A DNA stretch of 63,913 bases, counting the filler, from Sluysia triapertura (taxonomy: Eukaryota), in NCBI GenBank assembly GCA_046118255.1. It is 5 parts of 5 records of this genome, joined end to end, with 100 filler letters (N's around TTAATTAATTAA, not from the genome) between each part and the next. Parts side by side here need not be neighbours in the genome. Positions count along the whole stretch, not along the records: positions 25,192 to 39,957 come from JBJNIA010249423.1; positions 40,058 to 51,960 come from JBJNIA010158157.1; positions 52,061 to 63,913 come from JBJNIA010163593.1; 2 more parts are not named here. The stretch is one strand, 5' to 3'. Below, in pieces: positions 39,001 to 60,398 of the stretch; within the stretch, counting starts at the first letter, position 1; each line of letters starts with the position of its first letter. Below the pieces are notes generated by a model. It was not told where the DNA came from and did not search any database. It saw only the letters and a list, made by a program, of their open reading frames with translations. The position numbers were made by a program, and so were the translations under genes.

Positions 39001-39886
39001 CTTGGAAATTTTAATATTTTTGGACGAAGTTGAGTCACCTTGCTGCAGAATATTAAACAAAACGATCTCGCCTCTTTCCAATTAACTTTTCTTAAGGAAA
39101 TGTAAACTTTAGTTAATAAAAATTTAAGTTTTTTATACGTTTTAAAATATTAATAAATTTTACTTAAAATCTTTTAATTTAATAACTGTTTTAAAACGTT
39201 TAATTGTTTACAATCAGATATTAACTAAACTTCGATTCACCAGTGAAAAAAGATAATACATTCATATAGTATTTCTATATAAAATAAAAATAATTTCAAC
39301 AACCACAATTATTAATTACGAATGGTTCATTTTTTAATGTTAACTAACATTTTAGTGATTCTTTTTAATTAATAAATTTAAAATTAAATTAAATTTAATT
39401 AATAAATTTTAAGTTTTCTGTTTGCCTTATTACTTTGAGAGTAGTAAAAAGAGTTAAGATTCAAAATTTACAAATTCAGACAAGCACTTCCATCTCTTAA
39501 ATCAGGGACCAGTACCAATCCAACGTCCAGACAAAATAAAATAAATTATTAAATGAAGAAATCATAAAATAACAAAGCTTGTAGATGTGAACACACAAAG
39601 TTACTTTTCAATTTTCATTTTTAAATTCAAAGTATTATCATTTTATCAATTAAAATTTACTCAACATTATAATTCGGAAAAGTCGAACTTGTGTTTAACA
39701 AAAATTCATAATAGAGTGCAAAGAATTGATTGCACATGAGAAACAATATTAATCGAGATATTTTGACCAGTTAGTTTGTTATTATAAGTTTCTATGTAAA
39801 TTTCACAAAACTCTAAAGGTTGTGATAAAATATCACTAAACTAATTTAAAGTATTAAGATAGGAGAGATTAATGCTCCAAATTTTG

Positions 39887-39887
<1 letters not shown>

Positions 39888-39957
<70 letters not shown>

Positions 39958-40057
39958 NNNNNNNNNNNNNNNNNNNNNNNNNNNNNNNNNNNNNNNNNNN
40001 NTTAATTAATTAANNNNNNNNNNNNNNNNNNNNNNNNNNNNNNNNNNNNNNNNNNNN
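39888..40057. other. (ATT)n microsatellite running into an assembly gap with linker (39958-40057)
   Basis: Direct reading. Confidence 0.95.
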
Positions 40058-41062
40058 CGAATTTAGTTAAACCTTTACTTTACATTAAAATCCAACGGCT
40101 GGCCCTCGCTGGTAAGTCCAGTACGTTGGTGAACAAACTTTTAAGTTTTTTAAATAACCTTTTCTTTTATTCTCTCTCACATTTATAAATTTTTATAAAT
40201 GTACATGTACCTTATAAAATTGTTTTTTAATTTGAAAAATAATTATCTTTTAAACCAAAAATTGTTTTTTCTTCTGTTTTAAATTATAAAATACGTTTGT
40301 AGATATTGATATTAATCAATTTCCCATTTTTGAAATAATTGAGTTTATTTACTCTAGAGATACACACTTCTTTGATAAGCGTATATAGATAACATTTATA
40401 GTCTTAATTTAATAAAATATTTGAAGACATAATTAAAGTTATTCTTATTGTAATAAATCTAAATTTCATATACTAGATTGTTGTAGATCACATATAAATT
40501 GAAGTTAACATTTAATTGAAATTTTTCCATTACGTGCAATTACATTCTTACGCTGACATCTATGTATCATCCCTTAAGTGTGTAAGCCCAGTATCATAGA
40601 GGACTCGCATAAACAAGATTAAAGTTAAATCTTATTTACTGTAGCAGTAGCACAAGAACATACTTCCGTAGGAATTAGGCTTCTTAATTTTGATTAGAAT
40701 TTTATTTTTATTATAAGAAAATTATTATTTTATTATTATAAATTAATAAAAACATTTAATTAGTAAAATAATTCAAGATATTTGAAGATAAAAGGAGTAT
40801 ATATAATCAAAATTCTAACACGCTAAGATATAAATAGAATGATATTATTTTACATGAATTCACACATGCTATATAATATGAAAATATTATCTCTTTCGTT
40901 AATATTAATAATATTCTTTTCAAAAATTAATTATTCCTCACCTTCTTACACTGAAGTTACTTTAGTTTTGATTTCCTGGGGTCTAAATAACTTTCCATAA
41001 ATGTAGTACAATACTAATGAATTAATAATAATCATAATTATTATTATTATTATAATTATAAT

Positions 41063-42441
41063 TGCTGTCATTTTACTAACAGCAAAATATTTTTACTTAA
41101 TTTACGGCAAAATATTTTTGACATGGTCCAATTACAGTAAACGTCTTACAACGTGCAGTTGGCGTTTCTGCAATTTGATGAGTTAATAATTACTTTAATT
41201 CTAATCTTACCTTTAAAACTACTAGTCAATTTAATACTTAAGGGTCTTTATACAATGATACTTTACAAATATTATTTTAACACAATGAATAGAACCAAAA
41301 ACTTTAATAATTTACAAAAATTGTAATTGATATAATAAGAAAACAGACTCAATAAATTTATTTATAAATATTAAAGTTAAAACTATTTTAGTATTTACCT
41401 GTATTTTGTCCTCAATATATCTAGGAAACGTAACTTTTTATTTAGAGATTTAAATTTCCTTTTATTTTAAGATATCAATTTTATTAATCAAAATTTTATT
41501 AGTATCACCTTACAAAAAATAATTTAAATTTAGATGGATTTGATAAAAAATTTCGCCAAAGCGATTACGAATACAATCCTTTTGAATCGAATAAAATTTC
41601 CAAATAATAAATTTTACAAAATGGTGGATTTAAAATGGTGATTCTCATTAAACTGATGCTAGTTTATATAAACTAGTCATCAGACGATGAGAATCGATGA
41701 AAGCTTCTATTCCAGAGATGGCGAACCTTTTTTGATGTCCGTGCCACAAAGCCAAAAAAATTCTTTTTTAAATATGTAACGTGCCATAATAAAATTTCAT
41801 TCGAAATGTTAGCGTGGTGAAACTAAACGTAAGTATAATTACATAAACAAATAAAAATTTTATCTAAAGCGCATCTTTATTTACTTCGAGAGAATTCATG
41901 CGATATTTTAATAATAAAATGTACAATTTGACGGTTCTAGTTAATATACTAAAATAGTACTATACTATAAAATAGTACTATACTATAAAATATACTATAA
42001 ATTCAGTACTACAAATTTATATCATAAATTATAAATTAAGTATAGATTAATAATTTTTAATTCATTTCTATCAAAAAAGATAACTTATAAAAAAATAATT
42101 TTGTTTTTGTGTGTGCCATCAAAACTTTCAAACGTTCCACTTGTGCCAGTAGTTCTCCATCCCTGGAATGGACTTTTAATTGTGAACAGATTACTAAAAT
42201 TTCACAATTACTCCAAAAGAATCAAAAATTATACCATATTCAAAATGGAGATTTACAAATGGCCACTGGAATTGATGGAATGTTTTAGAACATTCTAGAA
42301 ACGTCTTTTCTATTTTTAGAAGCGAAGTTTATTTTTTCGAAAAATAATTTTTTTGGAAAATAAAGTTCCTTTTTGGAAATTAAATATTTTTAAAGTTATT
42401 TTAAAGCATTTTAGATTATTTTAGATGATGACAATCTAACA
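41063..42441 (-). mobile_element. LTR-like repeat family A, inverted copy interrupted by a hAT MITE, flanked by degenerate (ATT)n
   Basis: Minus strand TGTTAGATTGTCATCA...ACAGCA; shares cagttggcg.ttctgcaattt and atgctagtttat..actagtcatcag with 14140-14950. Confidence 0.7.
41713..42165. mobile_element. hAT-type MITE nested in the family-A repeat
   Basis: TIRs cagagatggcgaac / gttctccatccctg; subterminal gtgcca motifs; internal tandem aaaatagtactatactat. Confidence 0.7.
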
Positions 42442-45400
42442 ATTATTATTATCATTATTACTATTGTTATTATTATTACCATTAATATTAATATTATTAT
42501 TATTAGAAGTAATAATAATTTAATAGAAATATAAATTTAATATAAGGTTGCACAAATTTGAACCATTGTATTGTATAACATTTATATTTTATTTCTTAAT
42601 TATATTTAGGTATTTAAACTTTTATAATTACAAATCAATCGTATTTAATCAAGAAATACAATGAAATAATACATTTTCAAAATAATAAAAATAGATTAAC
42701 AAAATCGAATTATTAATTAAAAACTAAATTATAAAACTATTTTTATACTAAATTTATTTTATTACTGTTGTGGCTCACTCAATAACAACACCAAACACTC
42801 AAAATCATTAAATACAATCCTATAACTTCTTTCTTTACGTCTTTCATATTTTTCATGTATTTTAAACATCATTTCACATCATTTCTACTATATCCTAAAT
42901 TCATACATCAACTTCCAATCTTTACATATTACAGTGTATTTGTTTTTCATGATTCATTTAACGATTACTCATTTTAATGTTTTATCATTCAATATTTTAA
43001 TGTAGCACTTTTACTTAATTGCTAAATTGCTAAAGTGAAATAAACCTTAGTCATCCTTTCAACTATTCAAATATAGAATACGTATGAACAGAATTTACTT
43101 ATATAACAATAGGAAACGGATTAACAAATACCACCTGAAATATGATTTTAATATATCTAATACATTTAAAGTTCATTAAAATTTCTGAAATTAAATTCTC
43201 GAACAGTTTTCAATTAATTACAATTAAGAACAGTTATCAATGATCATTATAACTTAAATCAAAGATATGATGACAAAAACAAGTTGAAACCCAATAATGT
43301 TATAATTATAAAATTATAGTTATAAAATTATTGTTATAAAATTATTGTTATAAAATTATAACAATAATAATAATAATAGTCTTTTCGTAAGCCTTATTGA
43401 TTCAAGTCCAAGAAAATTCATTATTTGAATCATTTCAAAAGTTAAAATCAGCTGTCATTTATGATTCTGTCACCGCGCCATATTTTCTAGATACTCGATA
43501 TTTGCTTATAATTACTATAATTTCACTTGGTCTACGGACCATTTTCTGTTGATGGTTATATCCTCACAACCACATTAATGTTTTATTTTATTCATCTTAT
43601 CTGTAGTAAATTAAATATTATTATGTTTAATATATTGTAAGTGATTCAATTTATTTTATGTTAGAAAATAATTAAAAGATATTAATCGCATTATAATTCT
43701 TCTTCCGAAGGCCTTAAAAATGTTAATATGGCTTGTGATAAATCTAAAACTGATTTGAAGATAAATTTAAAAACTGAAAAAATATAAAATATCAAGAATT
43801 TCGATCATACTTTCGAGATTTATCTAGACAGTTCAGTTTTAGTAGTTTGATAAGTTGATTTATGAAGAAAAAGTGCAAATAAAAAAATATAAAGTTTTAA
43901 ATCACTTTTTTAACAGTTAAAAATATTTTTAAGTTGTTCTTTGACATCTGATAAGAATGAATCAAGTTTAATAATAGTAAATAAACAAGAGAATAATTAG
44001 ATATGTTTTTTATATCATGAACAATAACAAAAATATAAGGTTCTTAATAAAAAGATGTTAACTTACCTCTAATAGTCAGTAAAATGTGTAATCTACTGTA
44101 ATTTCTTTGTATGAATAGAAATTATGCAACATAAATAAGCAAAAGAAAGAAAATGCACTATTTTCATGACATTACTAAATAACTTGTATTTTAAGAAGGA
44201 CTAAAAGTAAACTATATGAATTAAGATACAACAAGTCATCTATTTTATTACAATATTAGTTTTAATAATTGTTTTATAAAGCTTGTATATAATTGGTTTA
44301 TGTTTAATTTGTTTTCTTTTTTAATATTCTACTCACTGACAATACCATTTTATAATATTAGCAATTAATCACTAAAAATGATATCTATGTATACAAAATA
44401 TTTACCAATATCTTATTTTATTTTGTATACACAATGAAAATTAAACAAAAAGTAAAAGTGAAAAGATTTTTTACGTTCTGCGGTTACCAGAATTTTACTG
44501 ACAATTAAGAAAATACTTAAATATTTTAAAAATGATAATATCATATTAATTTATGTAGCACTATTAGCTACTGTGAAACAAGTACTAAAAAGCGCTATAA
44601 TAAATTCATTCATTGTAATATTTCTGAAATCCAAAGAATTTTGTATTAACAAATATTTCATAATATTTCAGTGATTTGAGATTACTTATCTTATTATTGT
44701 TTATTCTATAAAGCATATTTTATTACTCTGAAGAAATTTCCAGGTCATCCATAATGTAACTTGAATATAACCGGTGTAATTCTCTAAAATAAAGTGTTAT
44801 ATGGAACGTCATTTTTAATTTATTAAAATGATGATACAAATTTCTCTACGAAGTAACAAAATGATATGGAATAAATAAATATTCCATAAATAAATATATG
44901 GAATAAATCAAAATATAAATATAGTAATAATTACTTATATCCATAAGGTGCAAGTGTTTTATTATAAAAACTTATTATTATCACTTACAAAATGAAATTA
45001 ATAATATATATTCGCCTATATAAAAGTGAAGTTTCTATGTGAATTTTATCTGAATAGAAATACTTACTTTATACTATTGTTATAAGGTTCCGTATCTATG
45101 ACTACGTTTGATTTAAAGAATAAAATTTAATGTAGCTCGTCGATCTTTCGTATGTGATTTATAACAAATAGTTTAATTAAATAATGTCTCTAATATTAAA
45201 TATCCGATGGTTTTCTTTCTATTACTTTTAGTAATAAGAGCATTTTTCTTTGCAAAAAGAAAATTGAGTTAACTTTCATTATTTATATTAATTCTTAATG
45301 TGCTATTTTTTATCTATTTATTTCAAAAAACTAATTATTTATTTGTAAATACATAACTGTAATATATAACTTTAGTGTAAAATATATTTTAAAAATGCAC

Positions 45401-45547
45401 AATTTTGTAATGGAATATTCACTCAAAAAGAGAAAAACTAGGTTTATCCTAATTGCAAAAATATGTGATTTTAGAGTTAATAATAATGTTAATGCAATTA
45501 ATATTAAAAATTTAATTAATATTAATTAAAATTAATTAATATTAAAA

Positions 45548-45676
45548 AAATTTATCTAATATAATATTAATTTATCTAATATAATATTAATTTATCTAAT
45601 ATAATTTATCTAATAAAGTAAATTTATCTAATATAATATTAATTTATCTAATAAATTAAATTTATCTAATATAATA
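45548..45676. repeat. Minisatellite, ~20 bp unit aatttatctaatataatatt
   Basis: About seven consecutive aatttatctaat-containing units. Confidence 0.85.
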
Positions 45677-48600
45677 TGATTTCAAAACTATAATTATTCT
45701 GTTTGAAAAGTTTAATAAAAGATAGAAACCTAATATTACTCAAATACTGAAAAAAATTGCTGTAAGGTTTAGTTTCAGCAGTCCAAAATTAATGATTACT
45801 CCATACAGTGAGAGTCGTATTTTAATTTCTTACAAATAATGATCGTGTCTTTGATTATACAAATAATTATTGGATTTTTAATATTCAATTAATGATCAGC
45901 CTTTCTTTAATTAATCAAATTGAGTTTTTAATTATTGTTTTCTAGTTTGCCGTATAATTTGGGTAATACTTATACTTCCCCGAAACACTTAAAAATCATA
46001 ATTAAATATTTTATATTTTACTATAAACAGAAAGAAGAATTTTAATATTAATATTCTATTATATAATTTAAATAAATAATTAAATATTTTATCATCTAAA
46101 TAAACACTAATATTTTATTATGTCATAAAATATTATTTTATTATAAACATAAATAAATAGTAATTATTATTTTTATTATTATTATTATCGTTATTATGTT
46201 AGAGCTTGATAAAAGCTAAGACCTTATTGTTTTAAAGTTATTTTAGTATGGATTTTATTACTAGCCTAAAATAGTATAAAAATAAATTTGATTTTGAATT
46301 ACATTTTATTTCTTCCTTAAAGAAGAGAAAAACTTACAAAAAATAACTTCGAAATCTTTAAAGTGGGCACGTCGAATGCAATGAATCAGAATGTTTCTGA
46401 ATGTCAACAATGTAACATTGCGGTGTTGTAGTGACAGAAAATGCAATCAATATTTCCCCAAATAAATAGTAATTTCCAATCAAAGATTCTGAAAGGCTTA
46501 ACAGCTAATATATTCAACTATTAGCAATTCTTATTAATTAACTCTTGAACTACACATCTTTATATACACAATTTCGCTCTACTTACTTTACAACTGAAAA
46601 CATTTAATTATAAAAATAAATATTATTTCACTGGTTAAAAATTTATTTCTTATTTAATCAATTGTATTGTTTCTAAAATTTATGAATGTATTGATAACTA
46701 TTTAATGTTTATAGAGCATCACCATATATCATTTACAAAAGATGATGATAATTTATTGTTTTTATTGTTTTGAAATCAATACAAATCATAATTAATCTAA
46801 TTATATCAAGAATGCATAACTACTACAATTCTTTTTATTTTTAATTCATTATCAAAAATTTTGATTTGTCAAATTTTTAAAGATGTTATTAAAATCCTCA
46901 AACAAGTAACTTATCAGATGCTAATTTTATTTTCAGATTTCAAAATAATTGTTTTATAAAAATATTTTTATTAAAAGATATGAAAATTAAGTATTAAAAG
47001 TATTTCGGAAAGGTTTATTCTCTAAACTATAATCAGAACATCAAAATCTTGTAACGTATATAGAAAATAAAAAATCATATATCTTACTGAAATTTGATTG
47101 GAATGTTTAGTGATTACAAGGTACGTGATAGATTATTAGAAATTATAATATTATGATCAGTGAGATATTTTAATCGCTTTTGATTAACTATTTCTGAGTG
47201 GACGATAGCCCTGTGTATGTTGATATATTGACGTAATTTTATAGTTTTATCTCATGATTAATATGAGTAGTCAGTAAATATTTAAAAAGAAAAATATAAA
47301 TTTTGAAAATTGGAAAACTTAGAAATTTGAAATCACGCATAAACATAATTTTTTCTGTAAATATGACTTATGTTATGACTTTTTGAACTTTATATCTCTG
47401 AACTTTATGTTATGACTAAATAATATTGTAATTTCAACAATTTATTGATTATTTGATTTTGACTAATATTTTATTGATTTGCGTTGAATATAAAATTATT
47501 TGGATTTAAATTATTGTTACTGGAATAATAATTATAATAATAGTAATTATATTCATTATATGTAAATTTTAATATTTTAAATTACTTTTGTTTTAATAAA
47601 TAAAAGAAAATACTTTGTTTTAATCTGGCCAAGGCCAGCTAAATCAACTATAAGTAGTCGTAAAATTCAACAAATAATACACAATTTTGTAAACAGAGTT
47701 TTGTTAATCAAATTCTTATAAATATTTTTTCATCGAAGTAACAAAAGAAATAAAACTTGCGAAGAAAATTAAATTTTTACTAAATTCCTATTCTAATAAA
47801 AATACGTTAGTTTATTATATTAAGTTATAGATATACAATACATATCCTCGTAAAATAGACGTAAATTTAACTTTTATAATCATTTCAGAAATCTTTTAAT
47901 CGATTTCACGCAAAATCATTAATAAATTACTATAATTTTGAGAATTAAATTTAATTAATTCTGTGTAACCTACCTATTGTATTTTATACTTATAGCCTCA
48001 TTTGTAATTTATCAGTGTTTAATATAAATTGCTAAAGAATTTATTTTATTTTTACCATTAATACTTAAATTTTATAGTTTTAATTATAAAATCTCCACTG
48101 AAAACAAAGATTTCATCTATTAGAATTAAAATCTAATATCATAAAATCACTTATTATAGATCCTTTTCATTGGATCTTCGTAAACTATTTCTATTAATAT
48201 TTTTTCAGTTAGTAAAACATTTATCTTAGTTGCTAGAAACAGCTGGAATTGACTCTCATATATTAAAATACCTCCAGAATTCAGCCAGATTTACTAGATT
48301 TGAAATTAATAGCAAAGTCAAGATTATCCTATTAAAACCACAGACGCTTTAGAAAGTTATTCTAACTTTTCCTATAATGTAAATAATTTGTTAATGTTAA
48401 AATATGGTTTATTTTAAATGCTAATTTGTAAGTATAAATTGTTATGCTTTTGTTAATAAAGTATATGATTTGTGACGGCTTTGATTATTATAACTTTCAA
48501 CACATAATCATAAATATCAAAATCAAAAATTGTTTTATTTTGAAAATAAATCTTTCAGAGCTTTCTTTGTAATCCAAATTTGTTTTATTTTAATTTTATT

Positions 48601-51600
48601 TGTAATTAATAAATTATTTTGCTCCAAGTTATTCTCGAAAATCCTTAAAAATCCAATAAATAATATAGAAAATACTATAAAATAGCAAATAATTGATAAA
48701 ATCAATTCATAATTTTCAGTATAAAAGGAGTCATAATGGTAAAATAAATGAATCTAAATTAGTTATAGATGTAGTGAAGTTAATTAAACATTCTTTGTAG
48801 TTGTGAGATTGTGAGATTGAATGCTGTACGAATTCAAAAACCACTCAAAAGAAAAAATGTAAATACCAATTAAAGTAAATATTGCATATTAGAAAATTTA
48901 GTAATAAAAAATGCAAAAATAATAATACATTCAAGTATAAAATAATATATTATATTCAATTTCGTACAAAAATGTAAGAAATTTGCAATTAGTATGATTA
49001 TTTTTTCAAGAAAAAGATCTATTAGAAGAACTTACATTAAAGAATTATACTAATAAAATTCTATAAATATTGCGGTATATAAGTCCTGAATAAATCTTGG
49101 AAATGATAAAAATGCAGAAATCAAAATATATCTCTTCTCGATACAAAATGCAGAGCAATAAATATGTAGATGTACAGTTTATGTTTCAAAAATATATAAT
49201 CAACTACCAAAGAATGTAAAATTAGTGGAAGATTATGAAATATTTTAAAATAAAACAAAGTTCTTTCTATTTCAGAATGATAGAATGATATGTTATAAGA
49301 CCTTTTGAGTTTTTTGTAGTAAATATTAACAATACATAAATTAATATATTATTATTATTAAAAACAAAGCTAATATTTTTGGTAAAAGTATACATTTTTT
49401 AATTAATTTGCATACAATTTTAATAAATACTTAATAAATAAAACTTACTTCGAAAAATTAATAATTGTTTTATTTCGAAATTTTTATTACATATTTCTTT
49501 ATAATCCAAATTTGAAATTAAAATAAATTTATAATCCACATTTGTTTTATGTTAGTTTTATTTTCAAAATTGTTAAATTAAAACTTATGAAAATATATAA
49601 TAAAATTTGACAATTTTTATCCAATAAAAATGCTTTATTTTTAACCAAGAAAATTTAAATTAAAAATTTTATAAAAGTTTTCCTGAAGTCATTGTCGTCA
49701 TTAATGGAAACCGTGTTATTTAAAATTATAAAAATAAAAATAAAACAATATGTAAAATTGTAAGATTAATTTCTTAAAATTAAAATTAAAAGTATTATTT
49801 AAAATTTAGCTTTAATTATTTCTATAAAGTTGATTTGTCTTGATATTTTAAACTTTGTGATTGTTACGAAATTATTATTAGTGTTCAGATTTTAAACTAA
49901 TGCTGAGACAAATATAAATTTCTCTGGGTTCGCCTGTGATATACGTTTTATATCTCAAGGAAGACGTATTCATAGGATGTCAAATTTAATGCAATTATTT
50001 AAATGGAGAGTTAATTTTTTCTTAATTTTGTAATTTTACTTTATTATTATTATTCATTTGTTACTCATATTTGTTACAAAATCTCCTAAATAACGAAATT
50101 ACTTAAATAACAGTTTATTACAATTTGAACGACAAACTTTATGCAAGAAATATATTATTTGTTTTCTAATTTATGAACTCATATTTTAATTACTTATTAT
50201 TAAATTGTTTACATTACTGTCGACTCAAAAATTTCTTTTACTTCAATAGAAAAAAATCACTTAAACTACATTTTATTACAAATAAAAATAAAACAATATC
50301 AATCAACAAAATTCGTATACAAAAGATAATATATGTGTATATAATAATTAAAATGATTTTAATAAGGATTTTAACTCAGGCGAATACTTGAATGAATTAA
50401 AGATATTTTGAGTACATTTTAACACAATGTGACAAACTTAACAGAATTAGCTTACTTATTTAACAACAAAATCCCCAAAAGATAAAAATTTTCAAAGTAT
50501 AATTTCTTTCGCTGAAATTCCAATAAAATATCTCTCCCACCAAAATTGTGAATATAAAATTTATAAACAAATTTTGAATTTATCTTTCGTATTCTTAAGC
50601 TAATTCTGTCCTTTTTATATTTGCCAAATGTATTTGATTTTTACCGAATTTTTCAAAATTATTACTGATAAATAAATATTTTGATAACATTGTATTATAA
50701 AATAAACTAATTTTTTAATAAAAATTATTAATGATTCTTTCTAAAAGATTAAAATTAAAGATAAAATTATTTCTTAATTTTCTGTAATTAATTATATTAA
50801 GATTTAATTAGAATTTTAAAAATTATATTTCGTAATAAAATATTTACATATTTTTGATAAATTCCTTATTTTAATTTTTAAATTTACATAAAATATTAAC
50901 ATATTTTGAACAATTCTTTATTTTAAATTTTGTACATTATAAAATTTACATATTTACATTAGAGATAGAAGTACGTTTTTGTTATGAGTTCCAATCAGTT
51001 TTTGCATCAATTTTGTATTTTGAGTTAAAACAATGAAACCGAATAACAATCTTCAAAAAGATAATTAAAAATGGTTTTGGGAAGATTGTTATTGAAACCG
51101 CTTTCAGTGTTTAATTAAAAAATTATTTTTATTTTAAAGGTTTATTAACTTTTCCATTTTAATTACATTGTTTATGTCTTTAACACTAAAGAAAAGAAAA
51201 TTTATTTCAACCACATAACTTTTAACATTTTGTATTTATGTTATAGATTATATTTTGTATTACAATGGGTTATTAATACATCAAATGCTAAAAAAAATAT
51301 CACGAATATATTTATTTTGTCAATCGAATTCTCTATTAAATTAAATGCAATTAAACCAGAATATAACATCTAATTTCTATTTAATTCTATTTATTTTAGA
51401 CAAATTTATTTTAGACATATTTATTTTAGACAATTTCTATTTATTTTAGACAAATATATGATTATTCAAAATTATATGCTAAATCCAAACAGTAGAAATA
51501 AAAGGAAATGAATTTAATAAATTAAAATCCAAGTTCTATATAATGTCATTAAAAATTACAACATTGAATTACGTAATCATTTTCAAAAGATAAAATGATG

Positions 51601-51889
51601 AATATGTAACTGTGAATGAGCCCTGGAAAAAATGACACGAAACGTTATATGTGAATGGTTTAGCACTATTTTCGTCCTCTATAATAGGAGTGGCCAACAA
51701 GTATATCGCGATGCCACATTTGGTCGTTCGTTCACGATGATTAAACTTAATGTATTACACTTGTAAACAATCTCAACGAGTGAACTTAACATGCAAACGC
51801 AAGGGTATGACCCGACCCACCGAAAAATACAGCTATTTAGCTCGAATATTTGGTATTGTCATGAATCAGCTTCTTTTCTTTAGTATTAA

Positions 51890-51890
<1 letters not shown>

Positions 51891-51960
<70 letters not shown>

Positions 51961-52060
51961 NNNNNNNNNNNNNNNNNNNNNNNNNNNNNNNNNNNNNNNN
52001 NNNNTTAATTAATTAANNNNNNNNNNNNNNNNNNNNNNNNNNNNNNNNNNNNNNNNNNNN

Positions 52061-52136
<76 letters not shown>
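51891..52136. other. (ATT)n / gap with linker (51961-52060) / (AAT)n
   Basis: Direct reading. Confidence 0.95.
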
Positions 52137-52137
<1 letters not shown>

Positions 52138-53295
52138 TTTATGGATATATTACTTATTAATACCTCTACCCAAATAGTTTAATTATTTTTTAAATCTTAT
52201 TAATGATCTTTTACATGAGCAAATTGACATCAGGCCAGACAATTCTTTTTTGTGTTGAAAAATTCATTATTTTTGGAAAATATCAAAAAATGTAACTATC
52301 CAAATAATATAATTGCATTTAAAAAATTTTGGCTATAATATTTAATATATAACATATTTAGCAAATTCTGTATTTGTGTTATTTATTAAGTTTTCATAAA
52401 TTCCAATATGTTCTAAGGCTGTCATGTCAAACTCGCGACCTTTTGACCAAAAATTTCTTGACAATTTATCTTAGTTGTACTGATAATTAACTTTTACAAA
52501 TCGATATCTATGTATTATAATAATAATATGTACTTCATATATACATAAAATATGTTTCAGTTAAAATTTTATTAAACTTAACATTTTCCAGAATTCTGTT
52601 TTTATTATTATTATTATAGAAATTAAATTTATTTATTATATGAATCTTGATTATATTTCACTTTGCATTTAGTGAAATATTATTGGTCCGGTAATGACTT
52701 TGTGTTAGACATAATTGGTCTAATGATTTCTTAAATGTTATGACTTATAAATAAATGGTGATCACAATCAAAAGGTTCCTTTTTAATATCAATCTACTCG
52801 AGTATCGATTATTTACAGTCGAATAATGTAAAAATTCAATATGTAATATGTTACTCGACTTTTAAAAATGTAATCAGAAATAATGAAATTCAGATAATGA
52901 AATTCAAAAAATTAGGTGTTGTAAATAAATGTGAAAATATGGATCTAGAGAAACGAACAAAATAAACAAGCAGATTGAAAACAGATAAATTTTCATTAAA
53001 ATGATCCGATGAAATTGTCTGTTTTCCGTTTCCTCGTTAGTTGGATTTACAATATTCGAATTATGTAAAACTTGGAAGAATTGAATGGCTTAAGAATATG
53101 TGACGATAGTTTTGAAGTGGGAAATAGTTATATTAGATAATTATGTGGTTTATTATTTCTTTTTAATGCTATTTTCACAATTTATAAATTCGTAAACAAA
53201 TTTAATTTTATAGTTCAATTTAATTTTATATAGATAATTACATTATAAAATTAAATTTGTTTACGAATTTATACATTTTGAAAATAAACAAATAA

Positions 53296-59394
<6,099 letters not shown>

Positions 59395-59490
59395 GTTTGT
59401 TCATAAATTTATATTATCAAAGATTATTGAAATTATAAATAAATTGAAATAAATCAAATTTTCATGTTAAAATTCAGATTCATTCTTATG

Positions 59491-59510
59491 CATTATTATT
59501 ATTACTATTA

Positions 59511-59567
<57 letters not shown>
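59491..59567. repeat. (ATT)n microsatellite
   Basis: Direct reading. Confidence 0.9.
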
Positions 59568-59570
<3 letters not shown>

Positions 59571-60032
59571 TGAATTTATTAAAACTTCATTGAGTATAAT
59601 TCAGTTATTGAATTTATCTTTTTCAATTTATACTCAAAATAATATTTTTTGAACATTTAAATTTGTCGTTTTAAATTTTTTTTGATATTAGACGCGCATA
59701 ACCTTTTTATAAAATAACTGAAATATTAATATTATTTTTATTTAAAAAAGGCAAATTTTGATTTTCTTTCGGTTTATTTTGTTTCATATTATGTTTTAAA
59801 TAAGAAATGTGTAGCGAATTAGTATAATTTTATTAAAAGAATAAAATATGTATTTTACTAAATCCAAATCTGATTAATAAATTGGAAAAAATTATACTTT
59901 ATATATTGCATTAAGAAATGCATAATTCTTGGTATTTGAAGATTACTAAAAATACTGAATACGAGATTTTGTCATTTATTTCAAGAGAGCTTACTTCATA
60001 GGAAAAGAGATTATTTTTATTGTTAATTTGAA

Positions 60033-60039
<7 letters not shown>

Positions 60040-60090
<51 letters not shown>
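60040..60090. repeat. (TA)n(TG)n compound microsatellite
   Basis: Direct reading. Confidence 0.9.
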
Positions 60091-60398
60091 TTATATGTGT
60101 ATATTGTATTTCAGCGTGAAGAATCATAAAGAATATCCTTTTTAATATTGGTTTGGTCTACGAGTACTTTGCCATATTTGAACATTTTTATTAAATTTAA
60201 TTGTTTTAATAAATAATTGCTAGTTTTGTTTTGAAAACAAGTTTGGCAGTACTCGAGTTATGTTTAAAGAAGTAAAATTTCAAAATTTTATAAATGTGAA
60301 CAAATTTTTACATGAAAGTAATGATTTTCGGCATAAGTGTTTATAAGTATAAATTTGCATTTGAAGATTTTCAATAAATAAATTCAATTTTTAATTAC

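Noticed and set aside
45548-45676. Regular short repeats resembling a CRISPR array
   Set aside because: No unique spacers and a eukaryotic context; it is a simple minisatellite.
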